Source of the DNA: a virus
Lineage: Duplodnaviria; Heunggongvirae; Uroviricota; Caudoviricetes
Virus record (IMG/VR): IMGVR_UViG_3300042564_004185
Span: 15,198-79,197 of that record
Reading direction: 5' to 3' (one strand)
DNA: 64,000 nt
Below the pieces are notes generated by a model. That model made no database searches. It was given only the letters and a program-made list of their open reading frames with translations, and was not told where the DNA came from. Made by a program: the position numbers and the translations under genes. Shown here one piece after another: positions 38,306 to 46,947 of this stretch (positions are counted from its first letter, which is position 1; every line of letters starts with the position of its first letter).

Positions 38306-38683
38306 CTAATATTCCACTTCAAATTCTAGCGAATCACCATCGCCCCTATTTTCTAAATCTAATTCTTCTGAAAATTGTTTCATCATATACTTATCCCAAT
38401 ACTCATCACCCATCTTTAGTTTAAACCTACTCCATAACTCTTCTTGTTCTGGAGTTAAAGGTTCGTATTCCTTAGTAAACTCATTAATCTTTTCAGCTAA
38501 TGTTTTGGGATCACTCAAATAAAGTCTGACAATTTCACCTTCATTTGAAATATACCTTGTCACACTATTGTCTGTTCCTTCTGCTAATTTTTCTAGCACC
38601 TCACCGAAACTCGATGACTGGTCAGCGAACACAAATTTGTAACTAAAATCTCCTGAAATATATCTTCCCATAAGCACCTCCAT
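38306..38683 (-). CDS. acidic hypothetical protein
   Basis: 125-aa ORF. Confidence 0.35.
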   Translation of the reverse strand: MEVLMGRYISGDFSYKFVFADQSSSFGEVLEKLAEGTDNSVTRYISNEGEIVRLYLSDPKTLAEKINEFTKEYEPLTPEQEELWSRFKLKMGDEYWDKYMMKQFSEELDLENRGDGDSLEFEVEY

Positions 38684-38686
38684 TAT

Positions 38687-38965
38687 TTATAAACACAAGT
38701 CCTTCTGTTCAAATACTCTTGACAGTTCAGCATTATAGATTTGAATGAATTGGTTATAAACCGAAACTTTACTTCCCCTCAACCCATACTGCGACTTGAT
38801 GATTGAATAAGCCGATCTTCCACGGGTGAGTTTCATGCCAGTTGTTGCTTCAAGTTTAAGCCCTGCCAGAAGTGTTTTCATTCTGAATAGATTTGTTTGG
38901 TCTTTTCCTGTGTACATCATCAGAAAGTCTCCATTTGTTTTTCCAGTTGTTCTAACTGTAACCAC
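38687..38965 (-). CDS. hypothetical protein
   Basis: 92-aa ORF. Confidence 0.3.
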   Translation of the reverse strand: MVTVRTTGKTNGDFLMMYTGKDQTNLFRMKTLLAGLKLEATTGMKLTRGRSAYSIIKSQYGLRGSKVSVYNQFIQIYNAELSRVFEQKDLCL

Positions 38966-39097
38966 GCTAGACGTTCACTAGCTTCGAGATCCCTCACTAG
39001 TTTAATTAATATTGGGATATCTGTTTTATTTATTTCCCCAAATCTTTCCATGTCTTTAAGCAATAAGTCAAGTGTTCGATTCATTGTTATTCCTCAC

Positions 39098-39229
39098 ACT
39101 TAGTGCAACCTGCACCGTTACATCTATTACAACCATGATCATCGTAGTCATACTCGCTTGAATCATAAACGTCACAATATTTACACTCGCCACATTCACA
39201 AAGTCTTTCTTCATTCATTATTTTTTCTC
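39098..39229 (-). CDS. 43-aa Cys-rich mini-protein (eight Cys, zinc-ribbon-like)
   Basis: My own translation gives MNEERLCECGECKYCDVYDSSEYDYDDHGCNRCNGAGCTKCEE. It is below the ORF-track cutoff. Confidence 0.25.
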
Positions 39230-39339
39230 CAGTTTATTTTTTAAAATGATAGATAATTTTTCAGCTTCATCATAGGATAGTCCGTGATAGATAATAAGTT
39301 TAATAATTGATTGTTCTAATTTTATTAATTCTTCGTAAC

Positions 39340-39549
39340 TCATTGGTGCTTCTCCTCAAATAATTTAGCTTCAACTAACGCTAAATCTTTTTCATATTGC
39401 AACCACATTGCCACTTCTTCTGGTTTCCAATCTGAACTATTGAACAGTACAATTGCACTCGTTATAACTTCTATTCTTTTTATTAAATTTTCCATTACTT
39501 CAGTGTCGCTTAATATTTTAGCTTCGCCTTCGATTAATTTAAATTTCAT
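39340..39549 (-). CDS. hypothetical protein
   Basis: 69-aa ORF. Confidence 0.3.
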   Translation of the reverse strand: MKFKLIEGEAKILSDTEVMENLIKRIEVITSAIVLFNSSDWKPEEVAMWLQYEKDLALVEAKLFEEKHQ

Positions 39550-39578
39550 GAATCCTCCTAATATTCTTTTTATTTTAA

Positions 39579-40193
39579 TTATCTAAGATAATATGTATAT
39601 TTATGCTTCCTACTTTGTTTAATAATTTTAGCTTCACCTATCTTAACTTTTGCTTGTAATTTGATTGCGTGTTTACAATAATCTCCCGATTTATTTTTGG
39701 CATAGTACTGTCTAATGTGGTATTTTTTTCCATTATATTCAATCATTCTTGGATTTTTGTTGGACTCCAACCCATCATATTCAAAATTACTAGCTTTATA
39801 AATTGTTCCAAAATGATTATAGTTAGGATCGGCAAATGATATTACTCTTGAGTATTTTGTATTAATACCTAACCATTTAAGAGTTCTAGCGATAAACCAA
39901 CTTTCAGTGTTGCGTGGAGTATCATCAACAAGGCACAATCTACGAAGTTCTATTACATCTGAGTCTTGTCTCCTAGACATTGGTTGACCATATATAGCAA
40001 CACCAACTAGTTTATCAGTTGATTTTTCTACTAGTTTAAATACATATTTTTGTTTTTGTGATCTAATTGATTTAGAATAATGATATTTTTCAATTAAGTT
40101 TTTAACTTCCTCATCTATATGATTTCCATTATTATTTATTTTATACATATCTTTAATCATGAATCCTCCAAAAAATAAAGACATACTTTCCAC
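39579..40193 (-). CDS. hypothetical protein
   Basis: 204-aa ORF. Any acyltransferase-like assignment is too weak to call. Confidence 0.35.
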   Translation of the reverse strand: MESMSLFFGGFMIKDMYKINNNGNHIDEEVKNLIEKYHYSKSIRSQKQKYVFKLVEKSTDKLVGVAIYGQPMSRRQDSDVIELRRLCLVDDTPRNTESWFIARTLKWLGINTKYSRVISFADPNYNHFGTIYKASNFEYDGLESNKNPRMIEYNGKKYHIRQYYAKNKSGDYCKHAIKLQAKVKIGEAKIIKQSRKHKYTYYLR

Positions 40194-40274
40194 AATCGGT
40201 ATGTCAGCGATTGGAAAATAGCGGTAACGGAACTATATTAGGAGGTATGGATAATCCGTCACTCATACCACCGT

Positions 40275-40298
40275 GGAATAATAGAAACAAACTAAAAG
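40275..40298. repeat. 22-nt motif AATAATAGAAACAAACTAAAAG, intergenic copy 2
   Basis: Adjacent to the inverted-repeat element at 40243..40269. Confidence 0.45.
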
Positions 40299-40357
40299 CG
40301 ATAGCTCGCTACCCTCACAACTACAGCATCCGTGCTTGGTATGTGACACCTAATATT

Positions 40358-41134
40358 TTAAGAGGCTAAACTATAACTCATTGCTAGATCGAATAGTTGA
40401 GTATTAATTGCATCATCATTTACAAAGCTATTAATTTTTCTGATAGCTTTATTTTCAACTTTCTTTGTTAGGTTGTTAACCACTGTTAACCTAGCACCAC
40501 CTCTTGTTAACCCTTCTTGTATACGATTGTAAACTTCAAACAATCCATTACCTTGATCCTCTACTCTTCTAATAGGGAATTGAACATCAACGATTTCTTT
40601 ATCTTGATATCTAATTTGTGTCGCCTTAAGCTCAAGTTCTTTTACCTGCTCGTTAGTTAGTTTTACATTCTTAAGTTTATTGATTGCTTCGTCTAGTAGT
40701 TTAGCCCTAGCAACCACTTGGATAACTGCTTGTTCTAATTTATCATCGAAGTCTTTACCAATATGTCTTACTCGAATAGGCTCACCTACCATCTGCCCCG
40801 CAACTAAACCGTTGGAACAAATGAATCTAAAGAACCCTAGTTGGAATACAACTGATGAACTACCATCATGTGAGTTAGTCATGAGCAACTGTAGTTTACC
40901 TTCTGATTTATGTTCAGTTGATAATGCCTCGGATGAAAATAAAACCCTATGCTTTTGATATCCTCTACGCTCAATCTTACGAGTCTTTAATGCAATAAAC
41001 TTATCAACATTAAATCCTAGTGATCTAACCTTATCGATAAGAGTACTAGTTTTTGCTAGTTTGTAGTTGTCTGTTAGTGTTGGTAGTTTAGTGTCTAGTG
41101 TGTCGATTGTAATTGATTCCATTGTATCCTCCAT
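40358..41134 (-). CDS. DUF932-like phage/plasmid protein
   Basis: TNSHDGSSS motif characteristic of the DUF932 family. Confidence 0.4.
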   Translation of the reverse strand: MEDTMESITIDTLDTKLPTLTDNYKLAKTSTLIDKVRSLGFNVDKFIALKTRKIERRGYQKHRVLFSSEALSTEHKSEGKLQLLMTNSHDGSSSVVFQLGFFRFICSNGLVAGQMVGEPIRVRHIGKDFDDKLEQAVIQVVARAKLLDEAINKLKNVKLTNEQVKELELKATQIRYQDKEIVDVQFPIRRVEDQGNGLFEVYNRIQEGLTRGGARLTVVNNLTKKVENKAIRKINSFVNDDAINTQLFDLAMSYSLAS

Positions 41135-41141
41135 TTTATTA

Positions 41142-41522
41142 TTAAAGCTGTTCTGTCAACAGCACATCTTCAAGTGTTGCAATCTTAATGCCAAGCTCAT
41201 CAAGCTCGACAATCGGTGCAGAATTAATAGGTTGTTTTGATTCCATGAAAACAAAGGTGTCATATTGATACGGATTGTATGTCACTTTGACACTAGTCTT
41301 GGTGTCATAACTACCCCACGCATCACCGTTCCATTCTCCGATAACGCCCGCATGCACGTTCTTTTTTCTTTCTCGACGGACACGCTCACGACCCGCGACC
41401 GATACTTTAAATAGACAATTCATTAACTGAATTTTATTTACATGAGCAATAACTCGTTTTGTTTTTTCACAGCGAACCGAGTAACATTTTTTATGCAGGT
41501 TGCGATATACAAATACTTTCAT
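41142..41522 (-). CDS. hypothetical protein
   Basis: 126-aa ORF. Confidence 0.3.
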   Translation of the reverse strand: MKVFVYRNLHKKCYSVRCEKTKRVIAHVNKIQLMNCLFKVSVAGRERVRRERKKNVHAGVIGEWNGDAWGSYDTKTSVKVTYNPYQYDTFVFMESKQPINSAPIVELDELGIKIATLEDVLLTEQL

Positions 41523-41665
41523 TAGCTAATCCTTTAGTAAGATTAATGTTCTAATGCCTCGTTTATTATTATCATGAATTAAATATTTAATATGTAACAT
41601 TGATCTATGCGTAAGATAAGTAATTTCTTTTTTACCATTAGGATAACACACACCAACTTTAAACA

Positions 41666-41938
41666 TTATTTCCTCCCTGTGTTTTCATGTGTTACACCGT
41701 CAACCGTCACATTGATAATAGAATCGAAGTTAATCATTCGATAGTCACCTTTTTCCATGTCAAAGACAGGTAAAAGATTCAATGATTTAGCGTCATAGCT
41801 TAGAGATCCACCACGTAAATGTTTCTTAACACCTAGTCTGCATACCATCTTACGATGCTCACCGTTTAGCTTAATGAATTCGACCGAGAAGATTTTACTA
41901 CCTACCATCTCTTTTACTTTTTCAATTGTTAGTAACAT
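41666..41938 (-). CDS. hypothetical protein
   Basis: 90-aa ORF. Confidence 0.3.
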   Translation of the reverse strand: MLLTIEKVKEMVGSKIFSVEFIKLNGEHRKMVCRLGVKKHLRGGSLSYDAKSLNLLPVFDMEKGDYRMINFDSIINVTVDGVTHENTGRK

Positions 41939-41939
41939 A

Positions 41940-42590
41940 TTACCCTCCTATTAGGTCTTTAATTTTATTGAACGTATTTTCGAAGCCTGTTTTCTTACGA
42001 TACTTTTTAGCAATCAACCCAACTCGTACTGTAGTTTTGTTATAAGCTAGGTCATCGGTCACTGAATTATCTTCATAGTTATATTCTAATAATTGCTCAA
42101 GTGATTTAAACACTAGAGCATGTTTATCTTTTTGTGGATTAATTAAATGATCATACTTACCACCGTATGAAAAAGTTACAACTAAATTTTCAGGTAAAAC
42201 TATCGACCAAGTATCACGATCCGATTTAAAAAAGTGTACTGATTTAGTGTAAGAATAGAAGATAACATCTGGATTTTGTTTAGCTATCTCGATCCACTTC
42301 TCTAAATATTTTCTGCTGTAGTAATCACCCGCATCATGTATGCGTACACCGCCTAAATTTAATTCATTTATTTCGTTTGTGATAACTAGTGGAAAGTCAT
42401 CACGTTTACTAGCCTGTAATCTTTCTTCTTGTTTATTAATAACAGCGGGATACAAATAGTTAGCACCCATTGCAAAACAATCACCTAAACAATCGCCCGC
42501 CCCGACACAAGTCTTACCTGCTTTTAATCCGAAACTAGCTGTTCTGATTTTATTCTTGGATACTTTCGTGTTGCTCACCGATAATAACAT
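41940..42590 (-). CDS. hypothetical Cys-cluster protein
   Basis: N-terminal CVGAGDCLGDC cluster. AGGAGA RBS before the ATG. Confidence 0.35.
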   Translation of the reverse strand: MLLSVSNTKVSKNKIRTASFGLKAGKTCVGAGDCLGDCFAMGANYLYPAVINKQEERLQASKRDDFPLVITNEINELNLGGVRIHDAGDYYSRKYLEKWIEIAKQNPDVIFYSYTKSVHFFKSDRDTWSIVLPENLVVTFSYGGKYDHLINPQKDKHALVFKSLEQLLEYNYEDNSVTDDLAYNKTTVRVGLIAKKYRKKTGFENTFNKIKDLIGG

Positions 42591-42738
42591 GTTGATCTCC
42601 TATGTGTTGATATAACTTATTGTCATATCTTAAAACTTTACCCTGCATAAATCGTGCCAACTCATCCGAGCTTAGTAGAGACAACTCATATTGTAGTTTA
42701 AAAGTTAGGTCAATTATTGTCAGTGATTCTTCGTTCAT
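42550..42738 (-). CDS. small hypothetical protein
   Basis: Start set at the internal ATG that follows a GGAGGGAG RBS. Overlaps both neighbours. Confidence 0.25.
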   Translation of the reverse strand: MNEESLTIIDLTFKLQYELSLLSSDELARFMQGKVLRYDNKLYQHIGDQHVIIGEQHESIQE

Positions 42739-43129
42739 ATACTCCCTCCGATACTTGGTTAAATTTAGCTTTGAACTGATCGATCGAGAGCCTATAAAAA
42801 CTACATGCCTCCCTAGTTGACTCGAAATTTTTACCATCAACTAAGACAGGTTTAAATCTACCCTTATTATTTTTCTTAGACTTCAAAGGTATAGGCATGT
42901 AATGAGTTATTGGTTTACCGTTTAGTAAAATTTTCCTAGAGTTGCCTTCTTCTGGGGTTAATATCTCGACCGACCACCAAGCAGGATACTCAACAAATTC
43001 CCAGATACCATCGATCGTTTGTGTCATTCGCCCTAGTCTACAGTGGGTAAACAATTCGTTAAACGTTCCCACGTTTTGTACTTCTAAGCTATCGAATTCA
43101 TTAATTAATTGTCCAATAGATGACTTCAT
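42710..43129 (-). CDS. protein with AP2-like DNA-binding segment
   Basis: GRFKPVLVDGKNFESTREACSFY resembles the AP2 domain (GRW-A-I-NGK-LG-F-T-EEA-AY) found in phage homing-endonuclease-associated proteins. No HNH or GIY catalytic motif seen. Confidence 0.3.
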   Translation of the reverse strand: MKSSIGQLINEFDSLEVQNVGTFNELFTHCRLGRMTQTIDGIWEFVEYPAWWSVEILTPEEGNSRKILLNGKPITHYMPIPLKSKKNNKGRFKPVLVDGKNFESTREACSFYRLSIDQFKAKFNQVSEGVYERRITDNN

Positions 43130-43265
43130 TGCTATCTCCTTTTATTGTAAAAACTTCATAGTTATCTTGATGATTAGCTTTTGCCCTAGATATCGAGGCG
43201 ATCGCTAGGACTAGAATGAATCTTATAAATACTGACCATAGTAATAACTTACTTCTATCGTTCAT
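43101..43265 (-). CDS. small signal-anchored protein
   Basis: Start set at the ATG after an AAGGAG RBS. TM segment LLLWSVFIRFILVLAIASI. Confidence 0.25.
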   Translation of the reverse strand: MNDRSKLLLWSVFIRFILVLAIASISRAKANHQDNYEVFTIKGDSNEVIYWTIN

Positions 43266-43282
43266 ATAACTCCTTGATTTTT

Positions 43283-43585
43283 TTACCATTGCTTTTCAAA
43301 TTTGTAATAATAATCACTACTACATGCACCACATAGGATATCATTTAGACACCTACTAGAATTTAAATTAAATTCTTTTTCATTGTAGCATGATTCTAAC
43401 GCCCACAAAATTCTTGTATCACTATAGTACCTACTACCCTGATAGAATGAATATCTATGAGGGTCGTCGATAGCATGGGAATATTCTTTGTCGAATATTT
43501 TCCTAGCATCGGGTAACATAGCTTTTACTTTTTCTTTGGTTTCGTCGGTATACTCTACTCGATTAGTTTTTAGACACCAAGTCAT
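43283..43585 (-). CDS. hypothetical Cys-containing protein
   Basis: 100-aa ORF. Confidence 0.3.
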   Translation of the reverse strand: MTWCLKTNRVEYTDETKEKVKAMLPDARKIFDKEYSHAIDDPHRYSFYQGSRYYSDTRILWALESCYNEKEFNLNSSRCLNDILCGACSSDYYYKFEKQW

Positions 43586-43587
43586 GC

Positions 43588-43839
43588 CTACTCCTTTACC
43601 GCTAGTTTAGATTTATTTTGCTCAATAAATTTAGCGAGTTCCTGATTCTGAAATAACATAGCTAACTTCTCAACCTGATTCGGGTAAAGACTTACAGGGA
43701 ATCTTTGTAAACCGTAAATCAAGATGTTACCTTTTTCACCTACCTTGATAGTTAATCCATTGATTTTAGCTGTAGGTACTTCAGCTTTTAAAGATGCTAG
43801 TTGTGCTTGTAGAGCTTTAATTTGTTCTTGAGTTGTCAT
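43588..43839 (-). CDS. hypothetical coiled-coil protein
   Basis: 83-aa ORF with an AAGGAGA RBS. Confidence 0.35.
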   Translation of the reverse strand: MTTQEQIKALQAQLASLKAEVPTAKINGLTIKVGEKGNILIYGLQRFPVSLYPNQVEKLAMLFQNQELAKFIEQNKSKLAVKE

Positions 43840-44279
43840 GGTTCTATCTCCTTGTTGGGTTGTTTCGTCATTATTGACTCATCAGGTATAGCATACACTA
43901 TACTACAACCAATGAATAGCATGATCAACTTTACCGATTGACCATGCCATTCAAATTTTAAAGTATTTAGCCTTATCCGTGGCGATACTTTGTTGGTGAA
44001 AACTATCTCGGACTCCCATCTTCGATAGATTCAAACCTAAATAACCCTTTATCTCATTGGGCATAACTTGACACCAATGCCTTATCGGCTATCTAGGGAC
44101 AACGGCGTGTCAAAGTGACACCATGTTTTTAGCCGTGTAATTCACTCGCACATCTCCGATCCTCAAGACACATGAGATTGCCATAGATGCGAGCTAGGTT
44201 ATATCTGGACGTAGGTCTGCCTCGTCAGGTATGAGGATACCACCACTCATACGAACCGCTGTTTAGGCGGGTTTCGGCA
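43840..44279. other. noncoding island C with raised GC; candidate structured RNA or operator cluster
   Basis: About 440 bp with no ORF of 60 aa or more in any frame. Contains the perfect palindrome GTGTCAAAGTGACAC (44107..44121) and a further TTGACAC half-site. Confidence 0.3.
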
Positions 44280-44612
44280 TTATTTCTCTACACGTATGAC
44301 CGTTACTTTTTTAGCACGTTCTCTACGTATTTCTGATTTTAGTTGATTTATCCGTGCCGTACTAGAGCAATGATAAAACCCCATATCAGCTTTTTTATCT
44401 TCAGTCATACTACTTAGATAACATGGTACATCTCCCGATTTTACAACATGACTTTGAGCCTTGGCATGTTGTCTCGCTCTTAAGGCTCTTATCGCTTGAG
44501 CCTGTAATTTACGCTCTTTATCGTTTAGCATGTTGACTCCTCTTATCTTGTCAAGCGGATAATTCCGCCGACGGAAATACTTGTTGCATGACTCGTGCCA
44601 ATTCAAAAACAT
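44280..44612 (-). CDS. basic protein, first gene of the minus-strand block
   Basis: 110-aa Arg/Lys-rich ORF adjacent to the divergent control region. Confidence 0.35.
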   Translation of the reverse strand: MFLNWHESCNKYFRRRNYPLDKIRGVNMLNDKERKLQAQAIRALRARQHAKAQSHVVKSGDVPCYLSSMTEDKKADMGFYHCSSTARINQLKSEIRRERAKKVTVIRVEK

Positions 44613-44849
44613 ATGTAACTAGTTGAAATCACGAAAGCCTGATAAATGACTGGTGTCAAAAAGGTTTACACTCCTAATAAAATCAATGACATGCAAATTG
44701 ACACTTGTCTAACAAATTGACACCACATATGTAAGTTATTGAAATTACATTATCTCATATTGGTCAATGAATATTATTGAGTTTGTAAGTTGTTGATATT
44801 AAAGGGAATAATAGTGTGATGTTATGTAAACCATTGAAATCACATTGTC
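44613..44849. repeat. three copies of a 20-nt ATGTAA-N4-TTGAAAT(C/T)AC direct repeat, plus GTGTCAA/TTGACAC half-sites
   Basis: Repeat copies begin at 44613, 44729 and 44824. Half-sites at 44653..44671 (imperfect inverted repeat) and two AAATTGACAC copies at 44696 and 44718. Confidence 0.5.
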
Positions 44850-44896
44850 ATCTCAATTCCTATATATGATACGCGTAGCAATAACCATGCCAGTTT

Positions 44897-45054
44897 GATA
44901 TATCAGTCAAGTGTTTGGTATGTCAAACAATAGTCTATATCTGGTCGGTCGGTAGTATCAACCAATAGTAGGCAGTATCAAACAATAGTAGTTTGAATCA
45001 ACCAACTGTAGGATATATCGAACAACTGTTTGGTATGTCAAACAACTGTAGTAG
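44897..45054. repeat. about seven tandem degenerate 19-21-bp iteron-like direct repeats
   Basis: Copies at 44897, 44918, 44954, 44973, 44994, 45015 and 45034. Consensus roughly TAT(C/G)nAnCAA(C/T)(A/T)GT(A/T)(G/T)G. Confidence 0.5.
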
Positions 45055-45283
45055 TATATAGCTAACGGATGTTGGGTAGGCATAGGGGGGGGGTGACTTA
45101 CATAGGTTGGACAATGGCTATGTCCATCGGTATATGAACTACCTTTTCATTTATAGAAACAATACCCCTTCTCGGGCTAACGAACCTAGTAAATACCGTT
45201 ACTTACGGTGGATAATGAGGAGAACATACTAAGGTACTGAAATCATTATCCTTGTATCTATTGTTTAACATTGTATTGACTAG

Positions 45284-45294
45284 TAACAACTAAG
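45284..45294 (+). promoter_or_regulatory. TAACAACTAAG copy of the conserved plus-strand upstream motif
   Basis: 28 nt upstream of the ATG at 45322. A TTGACT hexamer lies just before it. Confidence 0.35.
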
Positions 45295-45321
45295 TATGCG
45301 ATAATTGATTATTGGAGTATT

Positions 45322-45885
45322 ATGGATATATCTAACCTCATACTGAATTTATTTACACTACCTAAATCAGCCGTATTTGCCTTTATTAACGATTTTGATA
45401 AAAGGGTATATGTCAGCTACTCCTCCACCTTTAAAACTCGTTTAATGGCTATTATTGATCAAATAAGCACTAGACGGTGGAAGTATAAAGGGATGATTAA
45501 TGAACTATCCAAATTAAGGGTAGTAATCTTAGATCGTAATTTACCAGAACATGAATTAAAATTATTTACAAAATACCATAGGGATTATTATAGAAACTTA
45601 GGATATCGATTTTATAATTCCAAAGAAAAGGTTCCTCTTCAATATTCGTTTACCATTCGATTCAGCGATAGACGAAATGCTATATGCGTAGTAGCTTTAA
45701 CAACAAGAAGAGAACCGAAAGTAATTGGTTGGTTTGAAACATTAGAAGAAGCTAAAGAGTTTCTAGAGTTAGTAAACGATAGATCAATTAATCCGACAAG
45801 AAATATCGTATATGCTAGAAACAGGGTAACAAGAACTAGTATCGTTAAAGAAAATAATCTTGCTGTAAAGAAATATATTCGGTAA
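45322..45885 (+). CDS. GIY-YIG-like domain protein
   Basis: Alignment to I-TevI: KSAVFAFIN/KSGIYQIKN, KRVYVSYSSTFKTR/NKVYVGSAKDFEKR, then conserved Glu and GYRFYN/NGYN. The first Tyr is replaced by Phe. Confidence 0.4.
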   Translation: MDISNLILNLFTLPKSAVFAFINDFDKRVYVSYSSTFKTRLMAIIDQISTRRWKYKGMINELSKLRVVILDRNLPEHELKLFTKYHRDYYRNLGYRFYNSKEKVPLQYSFTIRFSDRRNAICVVALTTRREPKVIGWFETLEEAKEFLELVNDRSINPTRNIVYARNRVTRTSIVKENNLAVKKYIR

Positions 45886-45974
45886 GATTAACCTCTCCTA
45901 TGGGTAGTGATATGGGTATGTGGAGAGGGGTATATTAGGTAATTTATTTTACGCAAAGCTGTCTAAGCCATCTT

Positions 45975-46035
45975 TGCTAATATATTATATAATATATATA
46001 TTATAATATATATAATATTAATATATAATATGAAC
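45975..46035. repeat. about 60 bp of pure A/T with alternating (TA)n-like runs
   Basis: tatattatataatatatatattataatatatataatattaatatataatat, upstream of the plus-strand small-gene cluster. Confidence 0.5.
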
Positions 46036-46091
46036 AAGTGTGAATTTTTTTCTAGTATAAGTTTTAGTAATGTTTAGTATAAGGAGTTCTA

Positions 46092-46307
46092 ATGGATGTA
46101 GGTGAATTAATTGCAAGGCATATGCAGATGTTTGCAAAGAGGTCTAAGTTTAGTTATCCTTCTGAATTGTTGTGTAAATATGAGCATCATATAACCGATA
46201 AAGGTAAGCTGGGCAATATACAGTATGGGCTTACAAAGAAAGCAAACAGATTTAAGAAAAGATCAGTAAGATATCCAACGACTAATACAACGGGGATAAA
46301 GCTATGA
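46092..46307 (+). CDS. small hypothetical protein
   Basis: 71-aa ORF with an AAGGAG RBS. Confidence 0.35.
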   Translation: MDVGELIARHMQMFAKRSKFSYPSELLCKYEHHITDKGKLGNIQYGLTKKANRFKKRSVRYPTTNTTGIKL

Positions 46308-46510
46308 AATTTAAGAAATTATTCCACTTTGACTATCCTAGATTTAATGAGCGAATAGAAAAGTTAAATAACTTTGAAACCAAAATATACCTAGACATTC
46401 ATTCGTATATGAATGGTGAATGTGGGTATTTTTCTTTTTTGCTTAATAAGAAGTTAACTGATAAAAATATAGATCGGTTGAAATTTCAACCATTTAAGAA
46501 GAAGCTATGA
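46304..46510 (+). CDS. small basic protein
   Basis: 68-aa ORF. ATGA overlap with the upstream gene. Starts MKFKK. Confidence 0.3.
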   Translation: MKFKKLFHFDYPRFNERIEKLNNFETKIYLDIHSYMNGECGYFSFLLNKKLTDKNIDRLKFQPFKKKL

Positions 46511-46698
46511 GATTTAAAAAGAAAAAGATCAGAACTCCTTGGTTTTATAAAAGAAATTGGAATTTGAATAACGAAGATGCATTGTGGGTATGTCTTAATT
46601 TTTATCAAACTAAACTTGACAGGTTCACGATTAATAAAAAACTAAACCGTTTTGGTAAAGTTTCGTATTGGATTAAAAAATATTTTAGTCCGGATTAG
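46507..46698 (+). CDS. small basic protein
   Basis: 63-aa ORF. ATGA overlap with the upstream gene. Starts MRFKKKK. Confidence 0.3.
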   Translation: MRFKKKKIRTPWFYKRNWNLNNEDALWVCLNFYQTKLDRFTINKKLNRFGKVSYWIKKYFSPD

Positions 46699-46709
46699 GA
46701 AATAGAAAA

Positions 46710-46722
46710 TTAACAACTATAG
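46710..46722 (+). promoter_or_regulatory. TTAACAACTATAG motif copy
   Basis: 16 nt upstream of the ATG at 46738. Confidence 0.35.
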
Positions 46723-46737
46723 AAAAAAGGATTTTCT

Positions 46738-46947
46738 ATGGAAGAAGATTTGAGTCAATTTGTTGTAACTTGTCGTTCATGCGGTGGGCAAAAGATTCGT
46801 AAGCCAGCTGGTGTATTTGCCAATGGTCGAGATAAACGCTGGATTGATCAACATGGTAAACAATGGAACGGTCGTAAATGTCCTGACTGTAATAGGATAC
46901 GTGCCAAGAATAATATGAAGAAACTCCGTAAAGTTAAGGCAGATTAA
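46738..46947 (+). CDS. small zinc-ribbon protein
   Basis: CRSCGG ... CPDCN. Confidence 0.35.
   Translation: MEEDLSQFVVTCRSCGGQKIRKPAGVFANGRDKRWIDQHGKQWNGRKCPDCNRIRAKNNMKKLRKVKAD

Noticed and set aside
39579-40193. Mom-like or GNAT acyltransferase call for the 204-aa protein
   Set aside because: The resemblance (VISFADP...GTIYKASNF) is too weak to assert without a profile search.
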